Positions 13,023 through 26,384 of a stretch of DNA of 64,000 nucleotides are shown piece after piece. The stretch spans positions 36,084,001 through 36,148,000 of the forward strand of contig OX597816.1 in the NCBI GenBank assembly GCA_951406725.2, given 5' to 3'. The translations under genes and the position numbers were made by a program. Within the stretch, counting starts at the first letter, position 1. Each line of letters starts with the position of its first letter. This stretch comes from Octopus vulgaris. Its lineage: Eukaryota. The notes under the pieces were generated by a model, which saw only the letters and a program-made list of their open reading frames with translations, had not been told where the DNA came from and searched no databases.

Positions 13023-13444
13023 TTTCCCTCATTAGTTGTAAGATGCGAAGTAATTCATACAAGCTATGATCGACTTAGCACGTAGCAACGTAATCATCAC
13101 GCGTCTCTCATCTTACCGAAGGGCAGTTTCTGTTTCTTTGACTACATACAGTCAATTACCAACAGAGAGCATACTAAGTCAAGAAAATCGTGACGTTTCA
13201 GAAAAGATTGTGCAGCATCAATTGAAAAACGGCCGTAAACAGAGTTCAAATTCCGCCGAGGTTCACTTTGAATTTCATTCTTTAGGGCTCGATAAAATAA
13301 CTACCAGGTGAGAAATGATCCATGTAAACGACTACACACCTCTCTCGAAATTTCTGGCCTTGTGCCAATACCTGAAACCAATATTTCGAGAGTATCGTGG
13401 AAACGGTACAACGTTATAAACAGAGCATAAAACAATTTGCAAGA

Positions 13445-14234
13445 ATATTTATTTCTTTATTCTCCACAGGGAGCTAAACATTGAGGGGACAAACAAGGAG
13501 ATACAACGGGATTATGTCGATTATATCGAACCCAGTGCGTAACTGGTACATATTTAATCGACCCCCGAAAATGATGAAAGGCAAAGTTAACCTCGGCGGA
13601 ATTTGAACTCAGAACGTAGCTGCATAGGAAATGCCTATTTCTTTACTACCCACAAGGGGCTAAACACAGAGGGGACAAACAAGGACAGGCAAAGGGATTA
13701 AGTCAATTACATCGACCCCAGTGCGTAACTGGTACTTGATTTATCGACCCCCGAAAGGATGAAAGGCAAAGTCATCCTAGGCGGAATTTGAACTCAGAAC
13801 GTAACGGCAGACGAATTAACTATTTCTTTACTACCCACAAGGGGCTAAACACAGAGGGGACAAACAAGGACAGACAAACGGATTAAGTCGATTACATCGA
13901 CCCCAGTGCGCAACTGGTACTTAATTTATTGACTCCGAAAGGTTGAAAGGCAAAGTCGTCCTAGGCGGAATTTGAACTCAGAACGTAACGGCAGACGAAT
14001 TAACTATTTCTTTACTACCCACAAGGGGCTAAACACAGAGGGCACAAACAAGGACAGACAAACGGATTAAGTCGATTACATCGACCCCAGTGCGGGACTG
14101 GTTCTTAATTTATCGACCCCGAAAGGATGAAAGGCAAAATCGACCTCGGCGGAATTTGAACTCAACGCAACGGCAGACGAAATACCGCATAGCATTCCGC
14201 CCAGTGTGCTAACGTTTCTGCCAGCTCGCCGCCT
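13445..14234 (-). mobile_element. Head-to-tail array of four family B SINE units (~185 bp period)
   Basis: tatttctttactacccacaaggggctaaacacagag or a close variant recurs at ~13449, 13636, 13821 and 14005; only the rightmost unit has the 5' head. Confidence 0.92.
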
Positions 14235-15417
14235 TAATTAGCGAGAATATTAGCTTCATAACAAAAACAAATCCGATATCATTGTACTTATAACTATCCA
14301 CTAAAAGAATATTCACGTCAAGAATAAGTAGGATAGTAATACCGAATATAACGATGGAAAAGAAAGGATATATTTAGTATGTTTACAGAAAAGAAATTAG
14401 ATGTTGATAAAGAAGAGTAGGGAGAGGCTCAGGAAGATACACTGAAGTGGAGATAATACGTGCGAGAATGACTATGAGAGGATGAGAGAAATAATTAAAT
14501 TGGAAGTAATATATGAAAATGATGGAAAAGATAATCAGATAGATTGGAAGTGAATGAGGAAGCAAAAACGGTTTAGATATCGAGCGGATATATTGGGCTA
14601 AAAATAAAGGAAGAATGGAAATGTACCAAAATACATATTTATATACGAGAATTGATCAATGTTTACGATAGAAATCTAAAGACACTCGAATCAATGAAAC
14701 GCGGATTTCGAATGCAACATATTAGTAGCTTAGCCTGAAATATTAACTTACAAGTCAATCTGCTAAGATACTGTGCAACAGCGATATGTAGGTTATTGCA
14801 TCATTGTAAGTCTGTTTGCCAACCGACGTATATTTGACCTTGGCTGCTGACTGCATTCCTGATTTATGCAGCTGTATGTAGTTCTTTGTTTCTTTTGAGA
14901 GTACACAAATACAGAAAGAAGCTTAATAACTAAATACAGAAACACGTATATCCAGAGATTTATTGCTAGCAATGCTTGCACTTTAAATCAAGAAATCAGT
15001 AAGAAACAATTTTGTTTTCATTTCGTTTAATATTTGGAATGTAATCCTCTGTATTAGTTATACAATGTAACTGCCCGCCTTACAGTTGACGCGGCTCATA
15101 TTTATTAAATGTATTTACGCTAGACAATGCATAAAGAAATATTTGAGTAATTTATAAGTAAATACTTAACGATTTTCCTACATGCTCACTCATCTTTGTA
15201 GCAGTTAACATAATAGAAAGCATTCTACTAAAGGCATGCTAATTTCTTCATTCTTGTTAATACTCATAAACAAAATGGCATTTGACAAGAGGAGACAAAA
15301 AATATTGTAAAAAATATCTTTAATTTAAAAATGTGTATAGATGAGCCTCTATCACAACATCATATATTTTTGCTGGTGAAGTTAACGTTATATTAATTAT
15401 TGTTCTGCTGGATATAT

Positions 15418-15603
15418 TGGTTTCAAATTTTGATCACAATGTCAGCAAATTCAGCAGAGGAGTTAAGACGATAACATTGACCTCAATGCTCAATTGGTAA
15501 TTATTTTATCGACCTCGAAAGGATGAAAGGCAAAGTGGACTCTGACGGAAATTGAACTCAGAACACCAAGACAGATGAAATATCTTGCTAGTTCGTTGCC
15601 TTT
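15418..15603 (-). mobile_element. Degenerate family B SINE
   Basis: ttttatcgacctcgaaaggatgaaaggcaaagtggactctgacggaaattgaactcagaac. Confidence 0.8.
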
Positions 15604-16165
15604 AACAGACCAGATATTAAGAGTAAAAATGTATTTAAATTAATCATATCATCAAATAATCTAGTTATATTTTATTGTTTCTTTATTTTAGAATAAAACA
15701 TGATCGTTATATTTTATTTTAATTGCATTTTAAAACCATTATTTTAAAAATTATATTTCAAATTATGTAATATATATTAGCAATCGCTTCCAGCAATAAT
15801 CCGCTGTTTCCGTCAATATGTTGTAACTTCGAATAACAGTTAAAATATATCACGTTGTATCTACCATTTATGAAGAAATAACGCACTGCAAATTTCAACA
15901 TTAGATTTTTTTTTGTTTTTTGTTTTTTAATCTACATTAACATTTGTAAATCTGCAAGAAATGTGCATTAGAAAATGCCTGAACACAAATGTCGGAAAAA
16001 CTTTCAGTTAAAGTCAAATTTCTGTTATTGTAATCAGCATATTACTTCTTTCGTCGAGGACGAATTTGCTGTTAACATTCCCAAGTACGTAGACGACTAC
16101 AATTATAGATTAAGTAATAATGATTATATTTTCTGCAGGAACGAAAACTTCAATAGAAATATGTA

Positions 16166-18569
16166 CAGTCTACCCTCGCTCTTATGCCACCCTGATTTTC
16201 CGCCAACGCCGCTTACCGTCATAAAATTATTCAGACCCGATTTTCGCCTATGTTGTTAACTAACGTTTAATTCTCCCGATTTTATCCCCCTCGGTATCCG
16301 CCATAAGCCAATACAATTTGCAATACGAACGTTCCTTAATAGCATAAAACTACCCCCGGTTTACCGCCAAATCACAACAAATTTACCGCTCAAACAGTTT
16401 TGTCATAATTGAAAAGCATTTATAATCATACATACAGGTTAGAAATCTTGAGGGCACACACCTTCAAGTCAAGCATGCTAACAGACAGTAGCAAAACTGT
16501 AAAAATAGTGCATGTAATCGATTTAGCATCTACTAACGACGGTAACTTGTCATTCCCTGCTCATAAATTTGGGTCATAATCTATGTTTTGTTTTAATGAA
16601 CAAGTTTATAAAAGAGACTTTTTAATATCATTTTTCAACATGAACGCTATTTCATGTAAACGCAAACGCTCTGCCATTACAGTTGCAGGGAAACAAGAAG
16701 TTATTAAATAACAGAAAGTCCATCTAAAAGCTAGTCAACGAGGTATTCCAGATTATTTCAGTAATGCATGGGCAGAAAATATCAAACGAAGAACTGTAGT
16801 TGACATTATTCAACAGAAAGATAAGAGCAAACTTATTGAAGATCCAGAAGCAAAACGTCAAAAATCCGCCAAACACACAGATTTAGTAGCTCTTTTTTAT
16901 GGTTTACGAGAATTCGTACTAACAGATGTTATAACAGATGAAATCTTGAGAAACAAAGCAAAACTCTTGGTCCAGAATTGAATATAAAATATTTATCTTA
17001 TTCCAATAGTTGGCTTCATAGAGTTAAGCAGAGATCCGTAATGAAAGTCTGGTTCTTTCTGGTGAAAGTGCTGAGATCAACAACTTATTACTCCTTGTTT
17101 ACAGGGTGCTGAAGTGGAAATGAAGAAATTTGAATCAAGAAATATTTTTGATATCGATGAAACAAGTTTATTTTTTCGCCAATTACCTAGTAAATCATTT
17201 ACAACAAAATAATTTACCAAAAGCGTCAAAAAGCAAAACTAAAGACTTACGCTGACACTAGCTTGTAATGCTGATGGCAGAGAAAAACTACGACCTCTTG
17301 GAAGAATGGCCAAACCCCGATGTTTTAAGTATTTCAACAAAAAAACTTTATGTAGATTACGACTACAATAGCAAAGTTTAGATGAACACAAGCACGTTTA
17401 GCAGTTGGATGAAAGACCTTGATAAGAAAATGAGACTTCAGCTGCGAAAAATTTTACTGATAAATGGACAATGCCCCTGGACACAACATACCCGATAAGT
17501 CAGCGAAGTATGAGTTCATTTTCTCCTACCGACAACAACGCATCACCTACAACCCCTAGACTCCGGAATAATTTACAACTTCAAATCTAACTAGAAACAG
17601 CATCAGTTACACCAAATAATCACTCAGCTATACGAAAGTAGTATTTATGTTGTCACCCTAATGCTATTCCATACATTAAAATATCTTGGGACTCTCTGAC
17701 ACCCTCTGCTATTTCTAGCTACTGACACTACACTGGTCTCACCAAAAAGCCCGAAATCACAGACAGAAGTTGAAAACAGTGATGACGACGTCAATATACC
17801 ACTAACTGAACTGATTGAACAAACTGGTACTAAACTTAATACTGACACTTCATTGGTGATGACTGTATTAGCTTCAACAACCATGAAAAAAGAAATTGCG
17901 GAAATGACCGATCAAGAAAGTAATGACACGGTAAACTGCTAGAACAAATGGATGAATGGGAACCCGCCCCAAAACATAATCCTACAACTAAAGATGTAAG
18001 AAAATCCCTGAATTTTCTTCGTTTATCGATACTACTGAAGATTTATTACTTCTGGAAAAAATAGAAAAAAACGTTTTAATTCTATTAAAAATTGGAAATA
18101 TAAGCAAAAAATACGTTGGATGTCTTCACAAAATAATTTTAAAAAATTATTTGTTCTTTATTGTTTAACATTAAACTGAATTTGCTCAGCAATAAAACAT
18201 TTGTTGTAAATATTTCAAATAAAATCTAAAAGATAATCACATTACATTATAGTTGATGTTACAACAAGGGCCTAACAAGCAGAGAGGGTGGGGAAGGGCA
18301 AGAAGAGCTATAAGTTCTCTTTCCTTCTCCTCTCAAATTCGAATTTGATCCCTTTCTTTCTTTTTTGATGATTTTATATGGAAATTTTGTTTACACATCA
18401 AATAGCTTGTTTTGCCCATACCGCTCTTTCGAAAAGGGAGCTACGCTACTGTGCTATAAAACAAGCGGCTTTATTTCTACTGCAGAAAGCCTCCCTCAAT
18501 TTACCCCACCCGCGTTAAACCGCCAATTTGTCATGGTCCAGTTGGTGGCGATATAACGAGGGTGGACGG
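16166..18569 (+). mobile_element. Full-length Tigger/pogo DNA transposon with disrupted transposase (~16640-18136)
   Basis: TA|cagtctaccctcgctcttatgccacc ... ggtggcgatataacgagggtggacgg|TA. Motifs KRKRSAITVAGKQE, NIFDIDETSLFFRQLP, RLTLTLACNADGREKL, MDNAPGH, LQPLDSGIIYNFK; many stops and frameshifts. Confidence 0.95.
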
Positions 18570-18789
18570 TACATTAAATTGCTTTATCCTCTTAACATTT
18601 TGAGAACATCTCTGATTTTTCTATGGCGTGTCCTCAAACTTGCATGTAGTTAATGTTCAGTTGTGCACTAATACAGGAAAATACGTCACTCATCCATGTT
18701 GTTAATGAGCGACTATTAATATCAATAAATAACTGACAATTTCTCAGTATCATGGGTGAATATATAAGAGTATGTGTGTGAATGAGTGT

Positions 18790-19030
18790 CATGTGATCAT
18801 GTGACCGACCAGGCTACAAGATGTTATTAAACATCGCTGATCACAATGTGATTTTGCATTGGTTTAGCCTTCGAAGACGACACGGCGCTGGCTAGTCGAG
18901 CAGGCCTTCATTCCCACTGACTGAAAGGAGACTGGAGCAATGTAAAATGAAGTATTTTGCTCAAGAACACAATGCGCCGCCCAGTCAAGGAATCGAACCC
19001 ACGATCTAGTGGTTGTGAGTGCAATAAGCT
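18790..19030 (-). mobile_element. CORE-type SINE relic
   Basis: Minus strand gggttcgattcct (B box)...ttgtgttcttgagcaaaatacttcatttt. Confidence 0.7.
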
Positions 19031-19735
19031 AAACGTTAGTTAAAGTTACATTTCTGTTATTGTATATATAATTCATGAGCCACATCAGCTAGCGGTACCA
19101 TCCGGGGTGAACACACCTAAGTGTTACCAAAATGTTTATAGCATCACTATGAGTGTAAACATGTGATAGCTCTTTCGGTTCCGCAGCCTTGTTCTTTTTT
19201 TGTTTTTTTACGAAGATTTGCTTCATGGTATACTGAGTACCCGTGGCAGTTCTAGAACATGGCTAACCTGCAGCTGCTATGCTACTAGAAACTCTTTGGA
19301 GACTTGAAACTAATTGATACAATTTTTCCCAGCGGCAGTATTGTTGGGTGCACATAACAAAAATTAACGGGATTCATGCGTTATGTTTCGTTTTATGTTC
19401 AAAATATATCATGCATATGAAATATGCAATTCAATTTTAGACTAAGCATAAACACATCTAGATTATAATCTGATCGGTGGTTCATTTCTTTGGCCTAGCA
19501 ATAGAGAAAATAAAAGACGCTTGAGAGATATTTGTTTGCAGTTTCCTATGTAGGGTATGCCTATTTATGAAGTGATAACTACAACTAAGCTACCACTCTG
19601 ACAAGACTATCATACATAAATAGAAACTAGAGACATATAGGATGTCAAAAATAGCCACAAGAAATATTTACACCATGTGGAACTGATACAGAAATTTGAG
19701 GGGCTGCGCTCAAAGTCTAATATATATATATACCC

Positions 19736-20124
19736 GGCGCAGGAGTGGCTGTGTGGTAAGTAGCTTGTTTACCAACCGCATGGTTCCGGGTTCAGTCCCA
19801 CTGCGTGGCACCTTGGGCAAGTTTCTCCTACTATAACCTCGGGCCAACCAAAGCCTTGTAAGTGGATTTGGTAGACGGAAACTGAAAGAAGCCCGTCGTA
19901 TATATGTATATATATATATATATATGTAAATGTGTGTGGATATATGTTTGTGTGTCTGTGTTTGTCCCCCTAGCATTGCTTGACAAACGATGGTGGTGTG
20001 TTTATGTCCCTGTCACTTGGCGGTTCGGCAAAAGAGACCAATAGAATAAGTACTGGGCTTGCAAAGAATAAGTCCCATGCTCCAGCATGGCCGCAGTCAA
20101 CTGACCGAAACAAGAGTAAAAAGT
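19736..20124 (+). mobile_element. SINE family A
   Basis: Full-length match to 9609-10000. Confidence 0.95.
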
Positions 20125-20210
20125 GAGTATATATATATACATATTATATATATATATTATATATATTCAGTGCCTGATTATCACCTTATCGCTTCATACT
20201 GCAAGATTAA

Positions 20211-20311
<101 letters not shown>

Positions 20312-20361
20312 ACTAGGGGGCCAAACACAGACACACAAACATACACCCACACACATATACA

Positions 20362-20476
<115 letters not shown>

Positions 20477-20589
20477 TTAATCTTGCAGTATGAAGCGATA
20501 AGGTGATAATCAGGCACTGAATTATGAATCTACTGCATCCTACAGCAGAAACAGTTGTAAGCTACTGAAGTTCCCTTGTCATCACAATG

Positions 20590-20640
<51 letters not shown>

Positions 20641-20641
<1 letters not shown>

Positions 20642-21020
20642 TCTTGTACTCTTGAACTTGTTGCAGTCATTTGACTGTGGCCATGCTGGAGCACCGCCAT
20701 TACTCGAGCAAATCAACCCCAGGACATATTCATTGTAAGCCTAGTACTTATTACACCGGTCTCGTTTTCTCGAACCGCTAAGTTACGGGAACATAAGCAC
20801 ACCAGTACCGATTGTCAAGCGATGTTGGGGGGGGGGTCAAATATAAACACACATATGCGTACATATACAAATATACGACAGGCTTATTTCCGTTTCCCTC
20901 TACCAAATTCAGTTCTCAAGGATTTGGTTAGCCCGAGGCTATAGTAGAAAACACTCGCCAAAGGTGCCACGCAATGGGACTGAACCCGGAACCATGTGGT
21001 TGGCATGCAAGCTACCTACC
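20641..21020 (-). mobile_element. SINE family A (diverged, 5' clipped)
   Basis: ggccatgctggagcaccgcc...gggactgaacccggaaccatgtgg. Confidence 0.9.
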
Positions 21021-21053
21021 AAACACACACACACACACACATACACACACATA

Positions 21054-21137
<84 letters not shown>

Positions 21138-21620
21138 CTAGCAGAGATACCCAGCGTTGCCCGATTACATTCAATTGAAGAATTGGACTTTTCTGTAATG
21201 AACTGGAATATCTGTGTTTCGAATTTCATCAAAATTGCAGATGAGGGTTATTTCCCTCTTTACACACCCTAATAAATTTGTAATCGTGCCATATGTATCC
21301 AATACTACTGATTTCTATGCGCATATTCCAAAATTTCAGTGATATTGAACCTGTTAAAAATATTTTCCTCCTAAAAAAAATGTCATGGAGCTCTAAAATG
21401 TGAGAGTTAAGGCCCCTGTTGTGGGTGGCCATCTTAATGTCAACCAGAGAAGTTGAATTGTTGAAAAGCTTTTTAACTTGGGTCTTATATCTATTGTTTG
21501 AATTTCTTTGAAATAGGAAATATATGTTCACTGCGTTTGTAAAAGAGTGCAAAGCTACAGGAAACCAAAAGACGAATGATCACAATAAGCAGTCAGTTAC
21601 CCTACTCTAGTCGTAACTTG
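21138..21620 (-). mobile_element. Helitron 3' terminal fragment
   Basis: a|ctagcagagatacccagcgttgcccg matches the 3' terminus of 7656-8048; extent uncertain. Confidence 0.6.
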
Positions 21621-21642
21621 AAGTACCGGTTCAAGAACTATG

Positions 21643-21726
<84 letters not shown>

Positions 21727-21859
21727 CATATATGTATATATATATGTATACACACACACACATACACAAACAGACACACACGAAGATAAATTGTTAGATA
21801 CAACTGAGTGGGCAAACAAAAATATGAGACACTTCGTAGTGATTTTTTATATTTTGATA

Positions 21860-22163
21860 AGCCTGGTACTTATTCTATCAGTTTCTTCGTGTGAAACCAG
21901 TAAGTTATGGGGATGTAAATAAATGAACACCAGTTGCGAAGCGGTGATGCTGGAGAAACAGGAAACACACACATAGACTTACATCTATACATACATATAC
22001 ATATTTTGATTTCTTTCAGTTTCTGTCAACAAAATTCACTGACCGGGATTTGGTTGGTCTCAGGCTATAGCAGAAGAAACATGCCAAGTTACCACACAGT
22101 AGGACTGAACTGAGAACCATGTGTTTTGGAATCAAGTTTGTTACCACACAGCCACACCTGCAC
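21860..22163 (-). mobile_element. SINE family A (old copy)
   Basis: accacacagccacacctgcac and ggactgaac..agaaccatgtg. Confidence 0.85.
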
Positions 22164-22303
22164 TTATGTATGTGTGTGTGTATGGGTGTATATAAGTATG
22201 CATATATATATATATGTGTGTATATATATATGTGTACATATTACATGTACATCTATATATATATATATACATCTAGACATACATGTATATCTATAGAAAT
22301 ACA

Positions 22304-22352
<49 letters not shown>

Positions 22353-22514
22353 GTGTGTGTGATTGTGTATAGAAGAATATATTAATAAAAAGAATTCCAA
22401 CCTTGTCTGATTTTCACGTTTTATTTACAATCTTATAATGATATATTATAAGATAATATATTATAATTGAATAAAATAAAATGAAATAGTAGAATGTTAA
22501 ATATTCATTCTGAT

Positions 22515-22559
22515 TGAACTAGTACTTTCATGCATTGAATTCTGCAATCTTCGGGTTCA
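22515..22559 (-). ncRNA. Minimal type I hammerhead ribozyme in the PLE pseudo-LTR (CCGAAGA core variant)
   Basis: tgaac-CCGAAGA-ttgca gaattcaa tgcat-GAAA-GTAC-TA-gttca. Perfect 5 bp stem I, AGTACT palindrome, CUA site. Confidence 0.8.
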
Positions 22560-22599
22560 TGTAGTAGTGTTGACAGTCATGCTTCACAATTTTTGACTG

Positions 22600-22740
22600 T
22601 AGCAAGATGAGTGATTCTGTGCTATAAATACAGCTGGGTAGGCTCCAGAGTGCTAGGTTTTGCAAACTGTATTCTGACCAATCAGTGTGTAGTATCACTC
22701 AATTACTTAAGCTGATTGGTTGGTTGAGCTGATTGGTTTA
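22600..22740 (-). promoter_or_regulatory. Putative Pol II promoter of the PLE pseudo-LTR
   Basis: Three ccaatcag boxes (~22735 and ~22718 on minus, ~22678 reversed), then TATTTATAG at ~22630, about 65 nt upstream of the HHR. Confidence 0.55.
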
Positions 22741-23053
22741 GGCATCAAGCTTTGTTGGACAGGTCAAGAGTCCTGTATCTTGACCCTGGCCGAAGCAGCA
22801 ATTGTTGGGTTATTTTTAGAAATGTTGTAAATATCCTTTGTCAGAGATTTTTATATTTTTATATTTCAATTGTCATCATCATCATTGTCAGCACCTTAAT
22901 TATTGTTGCTAGTGGTGATGTTGGTGGCAATAGAACTTTTAACCCTAAATAAGATAATTTTCCTGCTATCTTCGTCTTGATCACCTTTAGTATTGTTGTT
23001 GTTGTTAGTGGTCATGGTCGTAGCAGTGGAAGTAATACCTCTAAGTATTATTA

Positions 23054-24154
23054 TTATTGCTTATTTAGCTTGGGTTCGAATTTATCAATAAAATTCTTTT
23101 CTCTGATTTTCCTCTCGATTTCACTTGGGCTGTGTAATTTGTAGAATGGAAATATTATATATATTTTCCGACCACATGTTGCTAGGTGGTTACTCAAAGG
23201 TATCTGACGGACCTCTGGGTCTCTAATCTGTTGCCGGTGTACACGTGAGCGTTCTAATAGTGCGTTTCCCGTCTGACCTACATATATTTCTTCACAATTT
23301 GGGCATTTGATGCAGTAAATTAAATTTCTGCTTTTGCAGTTCATATTCGCGTTTGTGAATATTTTCCCGGTTTTTGTGTTTATATATTGACCGGTATGTA
23401 TGAATTGGCATGTGCCACATCGGCTATCATTGCATTTAGATACCGTGAATGTTTGGTCTTTGTTGCTGAGGTCAAATTTTGCCTTTGTTAGTAATGTTTT
23501 CAAGTTTTTAGGCTGTCTTTTACTAAGCACCATAGCTCGATCCTTGATTATGTCTTTTAATTCATTACTTTGGGCAATGATTGGTAGGTTTGCTTTGGCA
23601 ATGTTGAAGATATTCTGGTGACATGGGTTGTGTGTCACTATGAATGGTATGACTTGTTCTTGTTTTCCTCTTCCTTGGGTTGTCCTAAGTTGTTGTATAG
23701 GTATTTTTATAGCCCGCTGTATGCCATTTTCTATAAGTAGAGATGGGTATTTTTGTTTGTGCAAAAATTCTTTTAGTTCTATTAGGCGTTTGTTCCTGAT
23801 ATTTGCATCTTCTACAATAGTACAAATTCTTCTGGCTAGGCAGTATGGGATGTTACGTTTTGTATGTGGTGGATGGCACGACTTAAAATTTAGGTATTGA
23901 TGTGTGTCTGTGTGTTTATAGTATATATCTGTGGTGATGGTGGTGTCTTTTTTAATTACCATTATATCCAGGAATGGTAATTTGGTACTACTCATCTCCT
24001 TTGTAAATTTGAGAGATGGGTGTAGGTTGTTCAGGAGGATATTGAACTCTTCCAGAGTATTTAGAGATTCTGTCCAGATTATGAAACAGTCGTCTAGGTA
24101 TCTCTTCCATGCCTTTTCAATATACTTTCTAAATCCAGTGCCATAGGTTACCTC
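23054..24154 (-). CDS. PLE RT (C-terminal part) + Cys-rich linker + GIY-YIG endonuclease, uninterrupted frame, no 5' end
   Basis: [75 protein letters not shown]. The frame is open upstream of the listed ATG to 24154. Confidence 0.93.
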   Translation of the reverse strand, partial: EVTYGTGFRKYIEKAWKRYLDDCFIIWTESLNTLEEFNILLNNLHPSLKFTKEMSSTKLPFLDIMVIKKDTTITTDIYYKHTDTHQYLNFKSCHPPHTKRNIPYCLARRICTIVEDANIRNKRLIELKEFLHKQKYPSLLIENGIQRAIKIPIQQLRTTQGRGKQEQVIPFIVTHNPCHQNIFNIAKANLPIIAQSNELKDIIKDRAMVLSKRQPKNLKTLLTKAKFDLSNKDQTFTVSKCNDSRCGTCQFIHTGQYINTKTGKIFTNANMNCKSRNLIYCIKCPNCEEIYVGQTGNALLERSRVHRQQIRDPEVRQIPLSNHLATCGRKIYIIFPFYKLHSPSEIERKIREKNFIDKFEPKLNKQ

Positions 24155-24268
24155 CTATATATATATATATATACATCTAGACATACATGTATACACATAC
24201 ATGTATATCTATAGAAATACATCTATACATATACAGCTATACATGTATACATATACATCTATATATAT

Positions 24269-24311
<43 letters not shown>

Positions 24312-24339
24312 CATATACATACAATAGAGAGATGATTTT

Positions 24340-24555
24340 GTTTCACTTGTAACACGTAATACTGAAATAGTGGAGATGTTATATTGCTGTGGGCTCGCCC
24401 AAGGCAAGAAGTTTATTCTTTTTTTGCCCATGAATCTACATGGACCCTAAGTAAGGCATGTATAAAATTTGAATGAAATTGGTTGTGTAGTTCTCAAGTT
24501 TTAAGGGATTCACACAGACAGACAGACACACATTCTCAGTTTTATACATACACAG

Positions 24556-24558
<3 letters not shown>
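24340..24558 (-). mobile_element. Helitron-like 5' fragment
   Basis: Minus strand atctgtgtatgtataaaactgagaatgtgtgtctgtctgtc...caaattttatacatgcc, same architecture as 7656-8048 and 29060-29442. Confidence 0.6.
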
Positions 24559-24587
<29 letters not shown>

Positions 24588-25330
24588 ATATACACGTATA
24601 TTGATATGTATAAATATATATGTGTGCGCGCCCGTGTGTGTGTGTGTGTGTGTGTGTGTGTCTGTGAGTGTGCGTGCATCTGTGTACAAGTATGTGTATT
24701 CATGTATGTGTGTGTGCAAGCGTGTGTGTATGGATGGTTGAATCTGGTTACCAGTTTGAATATTCAGTTGTTCGATCCAATCAATTCGTTGTTCATTGCG
24801 GTTGTATGTAAATGTACAAGCGTTGTAGAGATACGTTAACTCAATATCATTGTCAGCCAGATTCAGCGTAAGTCAATGCTTCACTAGGCTGCGCGATTGA
24901 ATTACAGATATAATCTAATACATCCAAGAATATTCTATACGCTTACTTTGCAGACATTCCATTTGCACTATATAGGTCGGCCGATGCGACAGAAAATGAC
25001 GTCTGTCCTTCATCCCATTCCGTGTACCTATGCGTACATGAATGTGTATATATATATATATATATATATACGTGTACGTGCGTGTGTAAATATAATTCTA
25101 CTCACGCATGCACGCACAGGCACATATATGTATTTTCATATATAAGCATATGTATATGTATATGTACAATTATATTTGCATATGCATATATGTATGTAAG
25201 AATGTATATATATATATATATACGTAATACCAGGGTAAGCACATAAATGAGAAAAAAGGAGGGAAAATAGTACTCGAATACCCCAGAGGTAAATAATAAG
25301 CGTAATTAAAAGCAGCGAAAATTTAAAAAA

Positions 25331-25376
25331 AAAACTGTTACTCAGAATTTCAAGTTTCCGATCGTTGGAAAGTTTT
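25331..25376 (-). ncRNA. Degenerate hammerhead, paralogue of 34252-34298
   Basis: aaaacttt-CCAACGA-tcggaaactt-GAAA-ttctgag-TA-acagtttt; flanks are also homologous. Confidence 0.6.
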
Positions 25377-25747
25377 GTTTAGAATTGAACCAAAATAAGG
25401 TTTTAAGCAAATTTGTTCAATAAATACGCATTAGAAAATGGTTTTGTTTCATTCGTCCTTTCAACTAACAGTCTTTTTAATGACCGGTTGCATGCAATAA
25501 CAAAATTCGGTATAAAGTCATCTTATTAAAAATAGCAGAAATCATTAAATCAAAAATAGTTTATAAAGTAAGACAGAGCTTGAATTTCCAAGGTAAATAA
25601 TTAGCTGTAAAACATTAATCAAGTGATAGATTAAAAGTTATATATGTTGAAAAAACATCATGCTACATTACGTATACATTTGGCAGTATATACACATAGC
25701 AAAACATCTATAATATACATATATACACTAAACATACAGACGCATGC

Positions 25748-25806
<59 letters not shown>

Positions 25807-25809
25807 GAT

Positions 25810-25861
<52 letters not shown>

Positions 25862-25864
<3 letters not shown>

Positions 25865-25965
25865 TGAAGACACGGAATATTTCCAGGATTTTGTATTGTC
25901 TGAGAGTATTTTGTCTCACCTGTATAGCTTGCGAGGGTGGATTTGAGCAGCTGAAGGCTATGGTT
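25862..25965 (-). mobile_element. ~100 bp fragment of the CR1-group LINE RT (YxDD region) isolated in (TA)n
   Basis: Aligns with 28347-28441 (aatatttccaggattttg...ctgtatagcttgc.agggt...cagctgaagg). Confidence 0.8.
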
Positions 25966-25966
25966 T

Positions 25967-26100
<134 letters not shown>

Positions 26101-26161
26101 GGGATAAAACCAGCCTTCAGCTCTCAAAAGGCTATGGTTCTTATATTCCGTGTCTTCATTC

Positions 26162-26260
<99 letters not shown>

Positions 26261-26317
26261 GCTTCCTATTTCTCTTGAATGAAACAGTACTAGTCCTGTA
26301 GAAGCTCCTTCTATATA

Positions 26318-26364
<47 letters not shown>

Positions 26365-26384
26365 CATACGTACATACATATATG

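Larger units (their letters stand above)
22350..24154 (-). mobile_element. 5'-truncated Penelope-like retroelement (Neptune-type) with 3' pseudo-LTR
   Basis: RT and GIY-YIG ORF followed by ~700 bp non-coding sequence containing CCAAT/TATA motifs and an HHR; both ends abut (TA)n. Confidence 0.95.

Noticed and set aside
13445-14234. CRISPR-like regular repeats
   Set aside because: Eukaryotic context; whole units repeat with no unique spacers.
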